From assembly GCA_014800845.1 (NCBI GenBank), contig JAAVFJ010000049.1:2181-66180 (forward strand): DNA of 64,000 nt, given 5' to 3'. Positions within the stretch are counted from its first letter, which is position 1. The number at the start of each line of letters is the position of its first letter. The position numbers and the translations under genes were made by a program. The notes under the pieces are model-generated. The model had not been told where the DNA came from, did not search any database, and saw only the letters and a list, made by a program, of their open reading frames with translations. Origin of the DNA: Bacteroidales bacterium (GTDB taxonomy: Bacteria; Bacteroidota; Bacteroidia; Bacteroidales; Muribaculaceae). Positions 28,740 through 38,387 of the stretch are shown here, one piece after another.

Positions 28740-29597
28740 ATGGCTAAGAATGAAAACTTTGTAATAGCGGATGCCGGTGGCACATCCACGACGTGGCTTC
28801 TTTGCAGCGCCGCCGATGGGCCTGACAGCTACGTATATGGTTCAGGCATAAATGCTACTGTGCAGTGCGCACAGAGTGTAGCTGACTGCGTGGCTCAGGC
28901 CACGGCTTTGCTCCGCGAAGCCGATAGGGTATATTTTTACGGAGCAGGTTGCAAAGGTGATTCTAACATGGCAAAAGTTTCAGACGCCATTAAAGCAATT
29001 AATCCCTCAGCAGAAATTGAGATTCACAGCGATTTGTTAGGTGCCGCACGTGCGCTTTTCGGAAAGAGTCCCGGCATAGCCTGCATACTCGGAACCGGTT
29101 CAAATTCCTGCGTGATAAATAGCGGTGACATCGTAATGAATACACCCCCTCTCGGGTACCTGATTGGTGATGAGGGGAGTGGTGCTTCGTTAGGAAGGCG
29201 ACTGCTTAGAGAGGTGCTTCGAGACAACCTGACGGACTCTGAAATTATCGCTGATATTGAGCATATAGCAGGTGGGAAAATTGAGAATATAGTTTCTGAG
29301 GTGTACTCTTCCGAGGCTCCCAACAAGTATCTCAGTCAGTTTGCTCCGGTGCTCAGTAAGCACATTCAGAATACTGATGTTCAGAATATTGTCACCTCAG
29401 AACTTAAGCTTTTCTTTAATTCATGCATCCGACCATATAAAGATTCCGGATTTAAGCAGATAGGCTTTATCGGTTCAGTGGCAGAAGCATTTCAAGATAT
29501 AATAAAAAATCTATGTAAAGAGGAGGACCTTGCATTCACTAAAGTTATTAAGAATCCAATGGAAGGACTCATAAATTATCATCAGAACTACAAATGA
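28740..29597 (+). CDS. BadF/BcrAD-type ATPase, N-acetylglucosamine-kinase-like sugar kinase
   Basis: ADAGGTST, ACILGTGSNS, GYLIGDEGSGA motifs. Confidence 0.85.
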   Translation: MAKNENFVIADAGGTSTTWLLCSAADGPDSYVYGSGINATVQCAQSVADCVAQATALLREADRVYFYGAGCKGDSNMAKVSDAIKAINPSAEIEIHSDLLGAARALFGKSPGIACILGTGSNSCVINSGDIVMNTPPLGYLIGDEGSGASLGRRLLREVLRDNLTDSEIIADIEHIAGGKIENIVSEVYSSEAPNKYLSQFAPVLSKHIQNTDVQNIVTSELKLFFNSCIRPYKDSGFKQIGFIGSVAEAFQDIIKNLCKEEDLAFTKVIKNPMEGLINYHQNYK

Positions 29598-30256
29598 AGA
29601 TATTCAGACTTAAGACTATACTTTGTCTTTCACTGCTTTGTTTAGGCTACACCTCAGTGAAGGCAGATTCATATTATGATAGACGGGTTTCACTCTTCGA
29701 ATTCCTCCCTGTCTATGAAAACGACATCGTGTTCTTAGGCAACTCAATTACTGATGGCGGTGAATTTTCCGAGCTGTTGAAAATGCCTAATGTGAAGAAC
29801 AGAGGCATAGCATCGGACGTAATGGGAGGAGTGGAAAAACGCCTTGACCAAGTGCTCCGCGGGCATCCGCAGAAGCTCTTTCTGTTGATTGGTATCAATG
29901 ACGTATCTCACAAGCTGACAGTGGAGCAGCTTGCTTCCCGCTATTCAAAATTGGTGAAGAAAATCAGGGAGATATCGCCTGACACTAAGGTTTATCTTCA
30001 GAGTGTGATGCCAATTAACAATGACTTTAAGCGCTACAAATCCCTCTATGGCACCGAGAATGTAATTAAGGGCTTCAACAATCAGATAGCGCGTATTGCT
30101 GATGAAGAGGGCTGCGTATTCATTGATTTGACAGCGGCTCTGTCTGACCCCAAGACCGGAAAACTCAAACGTAATTTTACTAATGACGGTTTGCATCTCA
30201 CCGGCGCCGGCTATAAAGCATGGATGGAAGTTGTGGAACCTTATGTCAAGGAATAA
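29594..30256 (+). CDS. SGNH/GDSL-family esterase
   Basis: FLGNSIT (Ser), NRGIASD, GIND, DGLH blocks; signal peptide. Confidence 0.88.
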   Translation: MKIFRLKTILCLSLLCLGYTSVKADSYYDRRVSLFEFLPVYENDIVFLGNSITDGGEFSELLKMPNVKNRGIASDVMGGVEKRLDQVLRGHPQKLFLLIGINDVSHKLTVEQLASRYSKLVKKIREISPDTKVYLQSVMPINNDFKRYKSLYGTENVIKGFNNQIARIADEEGCVFIDLTAALSDPKTGKLKRNFTNDGLHLTGAGYKAWMEVVEPYVKE

Positions 30257-30331
30257 GTAAGTGTCAATTGTTAATAGCATGTAATGCTTGCTTATGAAAT
30301 TGATACAGTTTAAATTTTGATACTTGTATTA
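30254..30331 (-). repeat. Short copy (78 bp) of the TAAGTAAG inverted-repeat family
   Basis: Starts in the TAA stop of the SGNH gene (TAAGTAAGTGTCAA) and ends in the A of the next ATG. Its reverse complement aligns with the 62535 copy. Confidence 0.8.
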
Positions 30332-31257
30332 TGATTCGCCTTTCAAAATATGTATTGTCGTTAATATTGCTCGGCTCTTTTGCTCCGCTTCGAGCGCAAG
30401 AGGAGGTAACCGAGACTGAGTCAAACGTAACCGTATTGCCGCCATTATTTGACTACCCCACTGTGCCGGAAGAAATCACAGAGTGGCAAGCGCGCAACAA
30501 CTGGCTCGTGGAACACTTCTGGGACAATTTCGATTTCAAGCAAAAGGCAGTTGGCCATGCGCAGCTTGTGCATGCTTTCCGCACATTTACCGTGCCTATT
30601 CGCTTTGCCGATGCAAAAGTCTCGTTGAAAAGTATCGATAAGCTGATTAGTAAGCTTAAAAAACAACCGGGATTATTGCTGCAATTCACAAAAGTGGCGG
30701 AGCAGGAATGTTATGACCCCAAGACCTCAGCCGTAATAATTGACCAGGTCTATCTGCCATTCCTCGCCGCGATTCATGCCGATAAGAAATTGCCCGCAGT
30801 GCGGAAAGCTCGCTACGAGCATCAGTATCAGGCACTGAATGGTTGTCTTGTAGATGACGAGATGAAGAGCTTTGATTTTGTGGACCGCAACGGTGGCCCC
30901 ACAAAGTTTAATCCCGTCGCCTCCAAATACACCATCATTGAGTTTGGCGATCCCGATTGCTCGGAATGCATTATCAACAAAGTGCGACTGGAGACTGATG
31001 AGTTACTGCAAAAGATGTGTTCCGATGGAACCGCGCAGGTCTATTTTATAATACCTGATGCCGATCCCGACGATGATTCATGGCGAAACAGAGTAGCCGA
31101 CTACCCTCATTACTGGACAGTGGGGGCAGCGCCTTCGGCTGACGAGCAGATTGATTTGCGTTACACTCCCTGCATCTATGTCATAGGACCGGATAGAAAA
31201 ATAATCAGCAAAAACTCAACTCCGGACCAGATTCATGCAATTCTGGCTGCTGAATAA
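30331..31257 (+). CDS. DUF5106-like domain protein with C-terminal thioredoxin-like fold
   Basis: Signal peptide; WLVEHFWDNFDF motif; EFGDPDCSEC (CxxC) and YTPCIYVI. Confidence 0.75.
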   Translation: MIRLSKYVLSLILLGSFAPLRAQEEVTETESNVTVLPPLFDYPTVPEEITEWQARNNWLVEHFWDNFDFKQKAVGHAQLVHAFRTFTVPIRFADAKVSLKSIDKLISKLKKQPGLLLQFTKVAEQECYDPKTSAVIIDQVYLPFLAAIHADKKLPAVRKARYEHQYQALNGCLVDDEMKSFDFVDRNGGPTKFNPVASKYTIIEFGDPDCSECIINKVRLETDELLQKMCSDGTAQVYFIIPDADPDDDSWRNRVADYPHYWTVGAAPSADEQIDLRYTPCIYVIGPDRKIISKNSTPDQIHAILAAE

Positions 31258-31313
31258 TTAGAATTCGAACTGAGAAAGCAGTCGCGTTGTTATATTAATA
31301 AAATGTAATTCAC

Positions 31314-31847
31314 ATGTCGAAATTTGAAAGGAAACACCATAGGCGCAAACGCTTGCTTCATCCATTCAAGCGTTTTTATCTGCGCACTACAGGCTATTCA
31401 TACACTAACATGGGGCGTCTGTTCCTTCGCTTATTCGTGGGATTCATGCTGTTTCAGTTTGGCTTGAGGCAGTTAGGCAACGCAGACACTCTTATGATGG
31501 ATTTCCCTTCACTCTGGGGCATTCCGAGCGAACTGGCATTTGACATCATGGTAAGCGTGGAGCTGATATGTTCCGTGTTTATAATGTGCGGTTTCCTTAC
31601 GCGACTGATGTGCATACCACCCTTCCTGGCAATGCTCGCCGCTGAGTATTACCTTCTGTCAAGCCACGTTACGTCCTCCTATGAGCTATCGTGGCAGCAA
31701 CCGGGCTACCTGCCTATCATGTTTATGGGCATCTATTTCTTTATAATCCTTGTAGGCCCGGGAAAACTCTCTATTGATTATTTCCTTTCACTCCACATCA
31801 TCAATGCCGAGAATTGTAATGAAGATGCGGAACTCGAGCAAATGTAA
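31314..31847 (+). CDS. DoxX-family membrane protein
   Basis: LFLRLFVGFML...ELICSVFIMCGFLTRL...GPGKLSID. Confidence 0.88.
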   Translation: MSKFERKHHRRKRLLHPFKRFYLRTTGYSYTNMGRLFLRLFVGFMLFQFGLRQLGNADTLMMDFPSLWGIPSELAFDIMVSVELICSVFIMCGFLTRLMCIPPFLAMLAAEYYLLSSHVTSSYELSWQQPGYLPIMFMGIYFFIILVGPGKLSIDYFLSLHIINAENCNEDAELEQM

Positions 31848-31850
31848 GAA

Positions 31851-32930
31851 ATGAAGATTGCGGTATTATTATCCGGCGGGGTAGATAGTGCTGTAGCCAC
31901 TCATCTGCTGTATGAACAGGGCCATGAACTGCACCTGTTCTATATAAGGATAGGAATGGATAACGGCGAGGGTGACTGTAGCGCCGAAGAAGACATAGAG
32001 ATGTGTCGCCTTATCGCTTATCAATACAACCTGCCATTTGAGGTTATTTCCCTGCATGACGAGTATTGGGAGCATGTAATGCAATATTCACTTGATACTG
32101 TCGAAGCCGGCTTGACACCTCATCCCGACATGATGTGTAATAAGATTATCAAATTCGGCTTCTTCGAACAGCGTAAGGGGCACGAGTTTGACAAAACTGC
32201 TACCGGTCATTATGCCCGCGTGTTGGAAAAAGATGGAAAGTATTGGCTCGGAACAGCCGTAGACCCCGTAAAAGACCAGACTGATTTCCTCGCTCAGATA
32301 AGCTATGACCAGCTAAGCCACATCTTGTTTCCGCTCGGTAGTTTGCCAAAGGCTGAAGTGAGAGAGATTGCAAAATCGCTGAATCTTCCCAACGCTTTCC
32401 GAAAAGACTCACAAGGAATCTGCTTCCTTGGCAAGATTAACTATAACGACTTTATCCGCAGACATCTCGGTGAGAATGAGGGAGACATCATTGATATAGC
32501 TACCGGCAAAGTGTTAGGCAAACACAAAGGCTTTTGGTTTCATACGATTGGGCAGCGTAAAGGTCTCGGTCTCAGTGGCGGCCCCTGGTTCGTAGTTAGA
32601 AAGGATGTTAAGAATAACATCATCTACGTGTCCAACGGCTATGACACTCCTCTGCAGTATGGCAAGCGCCTGCATTTAAGCGAGATGCACTGGATTACTG
32701 AGAATCCTTTTGCCGACGGAAGCACTGAGCTCGAAGTAAAATTCAAGAACAGACACAACCCCCAGTTCCACAAAGCAATAATGAAAAGGATAGGGGAGCA
32801 CGAGTTCATTGTGGAATCGGAGGATCCGATTCAGGGTATAGCTCCCGGCCAATACGGAATCATATACACCCTGGATGAACAGATCTGTCTTGGTAGCGGC
32901 GTAATTATTGCCGAGCAGCCCCAAATGTAG
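31851..32930 (+). CDS. mnmA: tRNA 2-thiouridine(34) synthase
   Basis: SGGVDS, HPDMMCN, ATGHYA, KDQT, DSQGICF, TIGQRKG motifs. Confidence 0.97.
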   Translation: MKIAVLLSGGVDSAVATHLLYEQGHELHLFYIRIGMDNGEGDCSAEEDIEMCRLIAYQYNLPFEVISLHDEYWEHVMQYSLDTVEAGLTPHPDMMCNKIIKFGFFEQRKGHEFDKTATGHYARVLEKDGKYWLGTAVDPVKDQTDFLAQISYDQLSHILFPLGSLPKAEVREIAKSLNLPNAFRKDSQGICFLGKINYNDFIRRHLGENEGDIIDIATGKVLGKHKGFWFHTIGQRKGLGLSGGPWFVVRKDVKNNIIYVSNGYDTPLQYGKRLHLSEMHWITENPFADGSTELEVKFKNRHNPQFHKAIMKRIGEHEFIVESEDPIQGIAPGQYGIIYTLDEQICLGSGVIIAEQPQM

Positions 32931-32952
32931 AATTTAATTCACCCTTTCATAT

Positions 32953-33621
32953 ATGGAACAGGAAAAGAATTTAAAGCGCCTGATGTTAGTAGGCATAGCA
33001 TATAATCAAAACAACGCCGGTGTATACGGACTTATACTCCAGGAAACTGACGGCCCCCGTCGCCTGCCTATTGCCATAGGCACCCAGGAGGCGCACAGCA
33101 TCGAAGCCAAACTTACAGAAACCATTCCCGAGCGCCCGCTTACCCACGACCTGATGGTCAGTATCTTCCAAGCTACAGGAATAGAGCTGAATCAGATTGT
33201 CTTGAAGCAGCTTGAAAACGGCATTTATGCTGCTGACCTCTACCTGACTCAGGGTGAGCAGCAGATGGTTATAGATTCCCGTTCAAGCGATGCAATAGCT
33301 TTGGCTATACGTTTTGATGCACCGATCTATGCCACCGAGGACTTACTTGAAACAGCATCCATCCGCAGCAATCCGCGCCCGTCCGCAGGCAATAAGTCTG
33401 CAGCTGGAGCACGCGACACAGAGAAGGCTTCCGACAAAGATATGTCAGGCGAGTCAAAAGGCGCAGAACCCGAGCGCGATGTGTATGCGCAATACAGAAC
33501 CAAGAGTCTAGCAAAATTGCAGGAGATGCTCCAAAAGGCTGTAGAGGAAGAGAAATACGAAGAAGCGGGCCTCATAAAGAAAGTTATAGAGGAACGCACC
33601 ACTCAGGAGACAGCAGAGTGA
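32953..33621 (+). CDS. Bifunctional nuclease family (DUF151) protein with C-terminal UVR domain
   Basis: LPIAIG, ERPLTHDL, IDSRSSDAIALA motifs; C-terminal AVEEEKYEEAGLIK. Confidence 0.9.
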   Translation: MEQEKNLKRLMLVGIAYNQNNAGVYGLILQETDGPRRLPIAIGTQEAHSIEAKLTETIPERPLTHDLMVSIFQATGIELNQIVLKQLENGIYAADLYLTQGEQQMVIDSRSSDAIALAIRFDAPIYATEDLLETASIRSNPRPSAGNKSAAGARDTEKASDKDMSGESKGAEPERDVYAQYRTKSLAKLQEMLQKAVEEEKYEEAGLIKKVIEERTTQETAE

Positions 33622-33793
33622 TAGATTCTTATTTTTAAACCTCGGTCTTCCGGATGTTTCAGTCTGAAAATCAGTCGGGTGTAGATAAAATTTAGCATTT
33701 ACAACCCTCCTGATTATCAAAGACTTAACAAATAGCAGAAGTAGTTAAATTCAAATACTTAAAGCAATATAAACATTTTGAAATATTTTTTAT

Positions 33794-33801
33794 TATATTT
33801 G
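33794..33801 (+). promoter_or_regulatory. -7 promoter element (TATATTTG) for argR
   Basis: TAnnTTTG match 34 nt upstream of the argR ATG. Confidence 0.55.
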
Positions 33802-33835
33802 CAAAAAATTCAATTTGATTATATTGGTCTAAATC

Positions 33836-34333
33836 ATGAAAAACAGAAAACGCAGGGTTGAAATAATTGTAGACCTCATTAAAAACAATTGTATAGGCTC
33901 ACAAGAAGAGCTTAGCAATCGTCTTGCCGAATGTGGCTATCACGTAACACAAGCCACCTTAAGCAGAGACCTCAAAATGCTTAAGACTACTAAGGTGCCG
34001 ACTGACCGTGGCACTTACATGTACATATTGCCCGACAGCAATACCATAAAGGATAAGCTCCTTGCTTCCGGCCAGATGGCTATGAGCTCTGCTTATCAGC
34101 TCGGATTTATGTCTCTATCGTTCTCAGGCAACATGGCGGTAATCAAAACCCGGAACGGTTACGCTGCCGGTATGGCCTACGATTTAGATGTCAGCAATCC
34201 TCCCGAAATACTCGGTACCATAGCAGGCACTGACACAGTGTTTGCGGTGCTGAGAGAAGATGTGACACATGATCAGGCGCGCGAGGTGTTCTCCAAGCTC
34301 CTTCCGCTTGATGAGAAGATTCCCATCTATTAA
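33836..34333 (+). CDS. argR: Arginine repressor
   Basis: SQEEL...TQATLSRDL winged HTH and GTIAGTDT arginine-binding motif. Confidence 0.95.
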   Translation: MKNRKRRVEIIVDLIKNNCIGSQEELSNRLAECGYHVTQATLSRDLKMLKTTKVPTDRGTYMYILPDSNTIKDKLLASGQMAMSSAYQLGFMSLSFSGNMAVIKTRNGYAAGMAYDLDVSNPPEILGTIAGTDTVFAVLREDVTHDQAREVFSKLLPLDEKIPIY

Positions 34334-34423
34334 TCTTGTGAAGCATCAAAATATTTATAGCATAAATTGTAGGGGCGCGAATAATTCGCGTCCTTGCTGA
34401 TGAAAAAGCTACACTTATAAACG

Positions 34424-35326
34424 ATGATTAATGTAGGAATACTCGGAGCAAAGTCTCCCAAAGCCGGTGAAATAATCAGGATTCTTATCAACCATCCGGA
34501 CGTAACGATTCGCAGCCTGGTAGACAAGGATATGGCAGGCTATGATGTTAAGTCCGTGCATCACGGACTGATAGGGGAGTGTACTCTCGAGTTCTCCTCT
34601 GCACTTGATTTGTCTAAAATCGATGCGATTTTCACTACGGAAGCGTCAACTTCCACCACCTCTGTAGTGTCCGGAGATAATGAAATAAGACTTATAGAGT
34701 TGGGCCGTCCTTTTGCTGAAGTCAGGAAAGAAGACAGCCTCGCTGTGTTCGGTGTGCCCGAGCTCAACCGTAAATCGCTTGTGCGCGGAGCTCGCCACGC
34801 AGTGATTCCTTCCGCTCTGGAATCAGTAGCCACAGTAGCTCTGCTTCCCCTTGCTATGCGCGACATGCTTCCCGACGAATTTACATTGAAAGTCGAAGCC
34901 TCTGATAATATTTTGGAGGAGCTTCCCGCTACAATCGAAGCCGTCTCTGAAGAACTGAGCCGCAACGGGTCTAAAAATTTCAAGATAAATTGTGAGAAGC
35001 AAGCCGCCGATTTAGGTCGCGTAATTAGGCTGTCGCTTGATATGAATCTTCCTGTTCCCGTCGACAACATCACCGACATGTACGAAGAGCTTTATGAGGA
35101 CCATAATCTCACATTCGTGGTGGCGGAAGAGGTGGAACCCAACGAAGTGGAAGGCACCGACAAATGCATAATCAGCATAGACAAAGGCCCTGACGGCACC
35201 CTGCAATTGCGTGCCATGGCCGATGCCAGAATGCGCGGCGGAGCCGGCGATGCCGTTCATGTAATGAATCTGCTGATGGGTCTGTTTGAAAAGACAGGAT
35301 TATCCCTGAAAGCTTCACAATACTGA
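34424..35326 (+). CDS. ArgC (N-acetyl-gamma-glutamyl-phosphate reductase) homolog lacking catalytic motifs
   Basis: End-to-end ArgC-like (GEIIRILINHPDV, FGVPELNR, ALLPL, AVHVMNL...GLSLKAS), but NPGC is replaced by IPSA and the Gly-rich NADP loop by GAKSPKAG. Confidence 0.8.
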   Translation: MINVGILGAKSPKAGEIIRILINHPDVTIRSLVDKDMAGYDVKSVHHGLIGECTLEFSSALDLSKIDAIFTTEASTSTTSVVSGDNEIRLIELGRPFAEVRKEDSLAVFGVPELNRKSLVRGARHAVIPSALESVATVALLPLAMRDMLPDEFTLKVEASDNILEELPATIEAVSEELSRNGSKNFKINCEKQAADLGRVIRLSLDMNLPVPVDNITDMYEELYEDHNLTFVVAEEVEPNEVEGTDKCIISIDKGPDGTLQLRAMADARMRGGAGDAVHVMNLLMGLFEKTGLSLKASQY

Positions 35327-35340
35327 TTAAGTTTAAGATT

Positions 35341-35658
35341 TTGGGCGTAAATAAGGTTATATTATTAGGCAATGTCGGTTCCGATCCTCGGATGTACTAT
35401 CCAGAGGCAGGGGGCGCTATGGCTCTTTTCTCGCTTGCTACCAACGAGACTATCGGCGGCCAGGACCGCACGGAGTGGCACAACATAGTCTGCACAGGCC
35501 AACAAGCCGAATATGCTGAAAAATATATTCGCAAAGGCACCCGCCTTTACCTCGAGGGCAAGCTACGCACCCGCAGCTACACCGACAAACTTCACATTCA
35601 GCGCACAAGAACTGAGATTTACATAGAAACTTTTGAAATACTCGGGCGCGTCAGCTGA
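35341..35658 (+). CDS. ssb: Short single-stranded DNA-binding protein (OB fold only)
   Basis: VNKVILLGNVGSDP, RTEWHNIV, LYLEGKLRTRSY; TTG start; no acidic tail. Confidence 0.85.
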   Translation: MGVNKVILLGNVGSDPRMYYPEAGGAMALFSLATNETIGGQDRTEWHNIVCTGQQAEYAEKYIRKGTRLYLEGKLRTRSYTDKLHIQRTRTEIYIETFEILGRVS

Positions 35659-35685
35659 CGCCCCCTTAAGTAATTTTTATAGATT

Positions 35686-37578
35686 ATGAGAAAATGGCGT
35701 ATTGAGGATTCCTCAGAACTATATAACGTTCCCGGATGGGGCCGAAATTACTTTAAGGTCAATAATTCCGGACATGTAGAAGTCACTCCCCGCAAAAGCT
35801 GCCCTGCGGTAGACCTCAAGGAACTCATGGACGAACTGCAACTGCGCGACATAACGGCGCCGGTGCTTGTCCGCTTTCCCGATATTTTGGATGACCGCAT
35901 CCGGAAAATTCAGTCATGCTTTGCACAGGCAGCACAAGAGTATAAGTATGAGGGTCAAAACTTCATAGTCTACCCCATTAAGGTAAACCAGATGCGCCAG
36001 GTGGTTGAAGAGATTGTCAGCCACGGTAATAAATATAACATTGGTCTGGAAGCAGGTTCCAAGCCTGAGCTCCATGCAGTGCTGGCCGTGAACACTCACG
36101 AAAATTCCATCGTGGTCTGCAACGGCTACAAAGACAAGGACTACGTAGAGCTTGCGCTTCTTGCTCAAAAAATGGGACGCAGAATATTCATTGTGGCCGA
36201 AAAACTCAACGAGCTCAAAATCATTGCTGACATTTCCAAGAAGCTGAAAATCAGACCTAATATAGGCATACGCATTAAGCTCACCTCCTCCGGCTCAGGT
36301 AAATGGGAGGAGAGCGGAGGCGATGTCAGCAAATTCGGTCTTAACTCTTCCGAGCTGCTCGACGCCATCGAATTCCTGGAAAAGAACAAGCTTGGAGACT
36401 GCCTCAAATTCATTCACTTCCACATAGGCAGTCAGATCACAAAGATTCGCCGAATAAAGAATGCGCTGAGAGAGGCAATGCAGTTTTACGTGCAGCTCCA
36501 GCAGATGGGCTTCAAAATCGAATTTGTTGACATAGGCGGCGGACTCGGCGTGGACTATGACGGCACCCGCTCATCTTACAGCGAGAATTCCATGAATTAC
36601 AGTATTCAGGAATATGTAAACGACTCAGTGTCATCGCTCGTTGACGTCTGCGTAAAGCATAACCTCCCGCATCCCAACATAATCACCGAAAGTGGCCGCT
36701 CCGTCACTGCGCATCACTCGGTCCTGATTATCGAGGCCCTTGCTGCTACAGCCCTCCCTATCTGGAAAGATGAAATGACTGTAGATGAAAATGCTCATGA
36801 ACTTGCTCGCGAGCTTTACAGCATCTGGGACAAAATCAATCCGTCGCGTGTGTTTGAAGATTGGCATGACGCCCTGCAGATTCGCGATGAGGCTCTGGAA
36901 CTTTTCTCCCTGGGTTTATTAGATTTGCGCACACGAGCCCAGATTGAGAAACTCTTCTGGAGCGTGGCTCGGGATGTGAGCGACATCACTCGCAGCATGA
37001 AGCACCCGCCTGAAGAACTGCGCCGCGTAGTGAAGATGCTCCCCGAAAAATATTTTTGCAATTTCTCACTCTTCCAAAGCCTGCCTGATTCATGGGCTAT
37101 AGACCAGGTTTTCCCCATCATGCCTATTCAAAGACTTGATGAAAAACCCACTCAACTGGCAACACTGCAGGACGTTACGTGTGATTCCGATGGCAAAATA
37201 GACCATTTTGTATCGGCACATGGAATCTCAAATGCCCTCCCTGTTCACCCCTTAAAGGCAGGAGAGCACTACTATTTCGGTGTCTTCCTGGTGGGAGCAT
37301 ATCAGGAAATCCTGGGTGACCTTCACAATCTGTTCGGCGACACGAATGCCGTGCACATCACCGTAAAAGAAAACGGCCCGGTAATCGAACAGATAATAGA
37401 TGGCGAAACCGTGGCCGACGTGCTCGACTATGTAGAATACAATCCGAAGAAACTCGTGCGCAACCTTGAAACATGGGTTTCCGCTTGCATGAAGCAGGGT
37501 AAAATCTCCCCTGAAGAGGGGCGCCAATTCCTGAACAACTATCGCTCAGGACTTTATGGCTATACATATCTTGAATGA
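35686..37578 (+). CDS. speA: Biosynthetic arginine decarboxylase
   Basis: YPIKVNQ, GLEAGSKPEL, HFHIGSQ, DIGGGLGVDYDG, TCDSDG motifs. Confidence 0.97.
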   Translation: MRKWRIEDSSELYNVPGWGRNYFKVNNSGHVEVTPRKSCPAVDLKELMDELQLRDITAPVLVRFPDILDDRIRKIQSCFAQAAQEYKYEGQNFIVYPIKVNQMRQVVEEIVSHGNKYNIGLEAGSKPELHAVLAVNTHENSIVVCNGYKDKDYVELALLAQKMGRRIFIVAEKLNELKIIADISKKLKIRPNIGIRIKLTSSGSGKWEESGGDVSKFGLNSSELLDAIEFLEKNKLGDCLKFIHFHIGSQITKIRRIKNALREAMQFYVQLQQMGFKIEFVDIGGGLGVDYDGTRSSYSENSMNYSIQEYVNDSVSSLVDVCVKHNLPHPNIITESGRSVTAHHSVLIIEALAATALPIWKDEMTVDENAHELARELYSIWDKINPSRVFEDWHDALQIRDEALELFSLGLLDLRTRAQIEKLFWSVARDVSDITRSMKHPPEELRRVVKMLPEKYFCNFSLFQSLPDSWAIDQVFPIMPIQRLDEKPTQLATLQDVTCDSDGKIDHFVSAHGISNALPVHPLKAGEHYYFGVFLVGAYQEILGDLHNLFGDTNAVHITVKENGPVIEQIIDGETVADVLDYVEYNPKKLVRNLETWVSACMKQGKISPEEGRQFLNNYRSGLYGYTYLE

Positions 37579-38318
37579 TGCGATACTTCATCAGATTCTC
37601 ATACAACGGTAAAGGGTATTGTGGCTGGCAACGACAGCCGAATGCCCTTTCTGTTCAGGAAGTTATCGAAGGGGCTCTAAGCAAGGTGCTCGGCCGTGAA
37701 ACCTCCGTAACCGGAGCCGGCCGTACCGATGCCGGTGTGCACGCCATGTGTATGTATGCTCACTTTGACACCCTTAATCCCATAGCTGATACTGGCAAGC
37801 TGCTCAGGTCGCTCAACCATCTGTGCGGAAAGCAGATAGCTTTTCAGGAAATAATCCCTGTGGCTGATGATGCCCACGCTCGGTTTGATGCCACCGAGCG
37901 CACATATAAATACTTTGTCAACACAGAAAAAAGTCCTTTTACCAGTGAATTAGCATGGCAGGCGCCTTATAAGCTTGACTACGACCTGATGAATAAAGCG
38001 GCGGAAATTCTTCTCACCGTCTCAGACTTCACATCCTTCTCCAAGCTGCATACAGACGTGAAGACAAATATCTGCAACGTAACTCACGCTCATTGGGAAC
38101 CATACAGCCAAGGCTGGGTATTTACGATAACGGCAGACAGATTCCTTCGCAACATGGTGAGAGCCGTAGTTGGCACCCTCGTAGACGTAGGTCGCAAAAA
38201 AATAACAATTGAAGACTTCCGAAGAATCATAGAGCAGAAAGACCGCTGCGCAGCCGGCACCTCCATGCCGGGCCACGCCCTCTACCTCTGGAACGTTAAA
38301 TACCCCTACATCAAGTAG
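37575..38318 (+). CDS. truA: tRNA pseudouridine(38-40) synthase
   Basis: GWQRQ, AGRTDAGVHA, HARFDA, RFLRNMVR motifs. Confidence 0.97.
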   Translation: MMRYFIRFSYNGKGYCGWQRQPNALSVQEVIEGALSKVLGRETSVTGAGRTDAGVHAMCMYAHFDTLNPIADTGKLLRSLNHLCGKQIAFQEIIPVADDAHARFDATERTYKYFVNTEKSPFTSELAWQAPYKLDYDLMNKAAEILLTVSDFTSFSKLHTDVKTNICNVTHAHWEPYSQGWVFTITADRFLRNMVRAVVGTLVDVGRKKITIEDFRRIIEQKDRCAAGTSMPGHALYLWNVKYPYIK

Positions 38319-38387
38319 TTTTAAGCTCTCCAAAAAGATAAAGTGCACCTCGATTGAGATGCACTTTACTATTATTCGGGGCTTGGA

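Noticed and set aside
33797-33815. TTGCAAAAAATTCAA as an ARG box upstream of argR
   Set aside because: Spacing between TG and CA is one base short of the ARG-box consensus and the region is very AT-rich, so the match is not discriminating.
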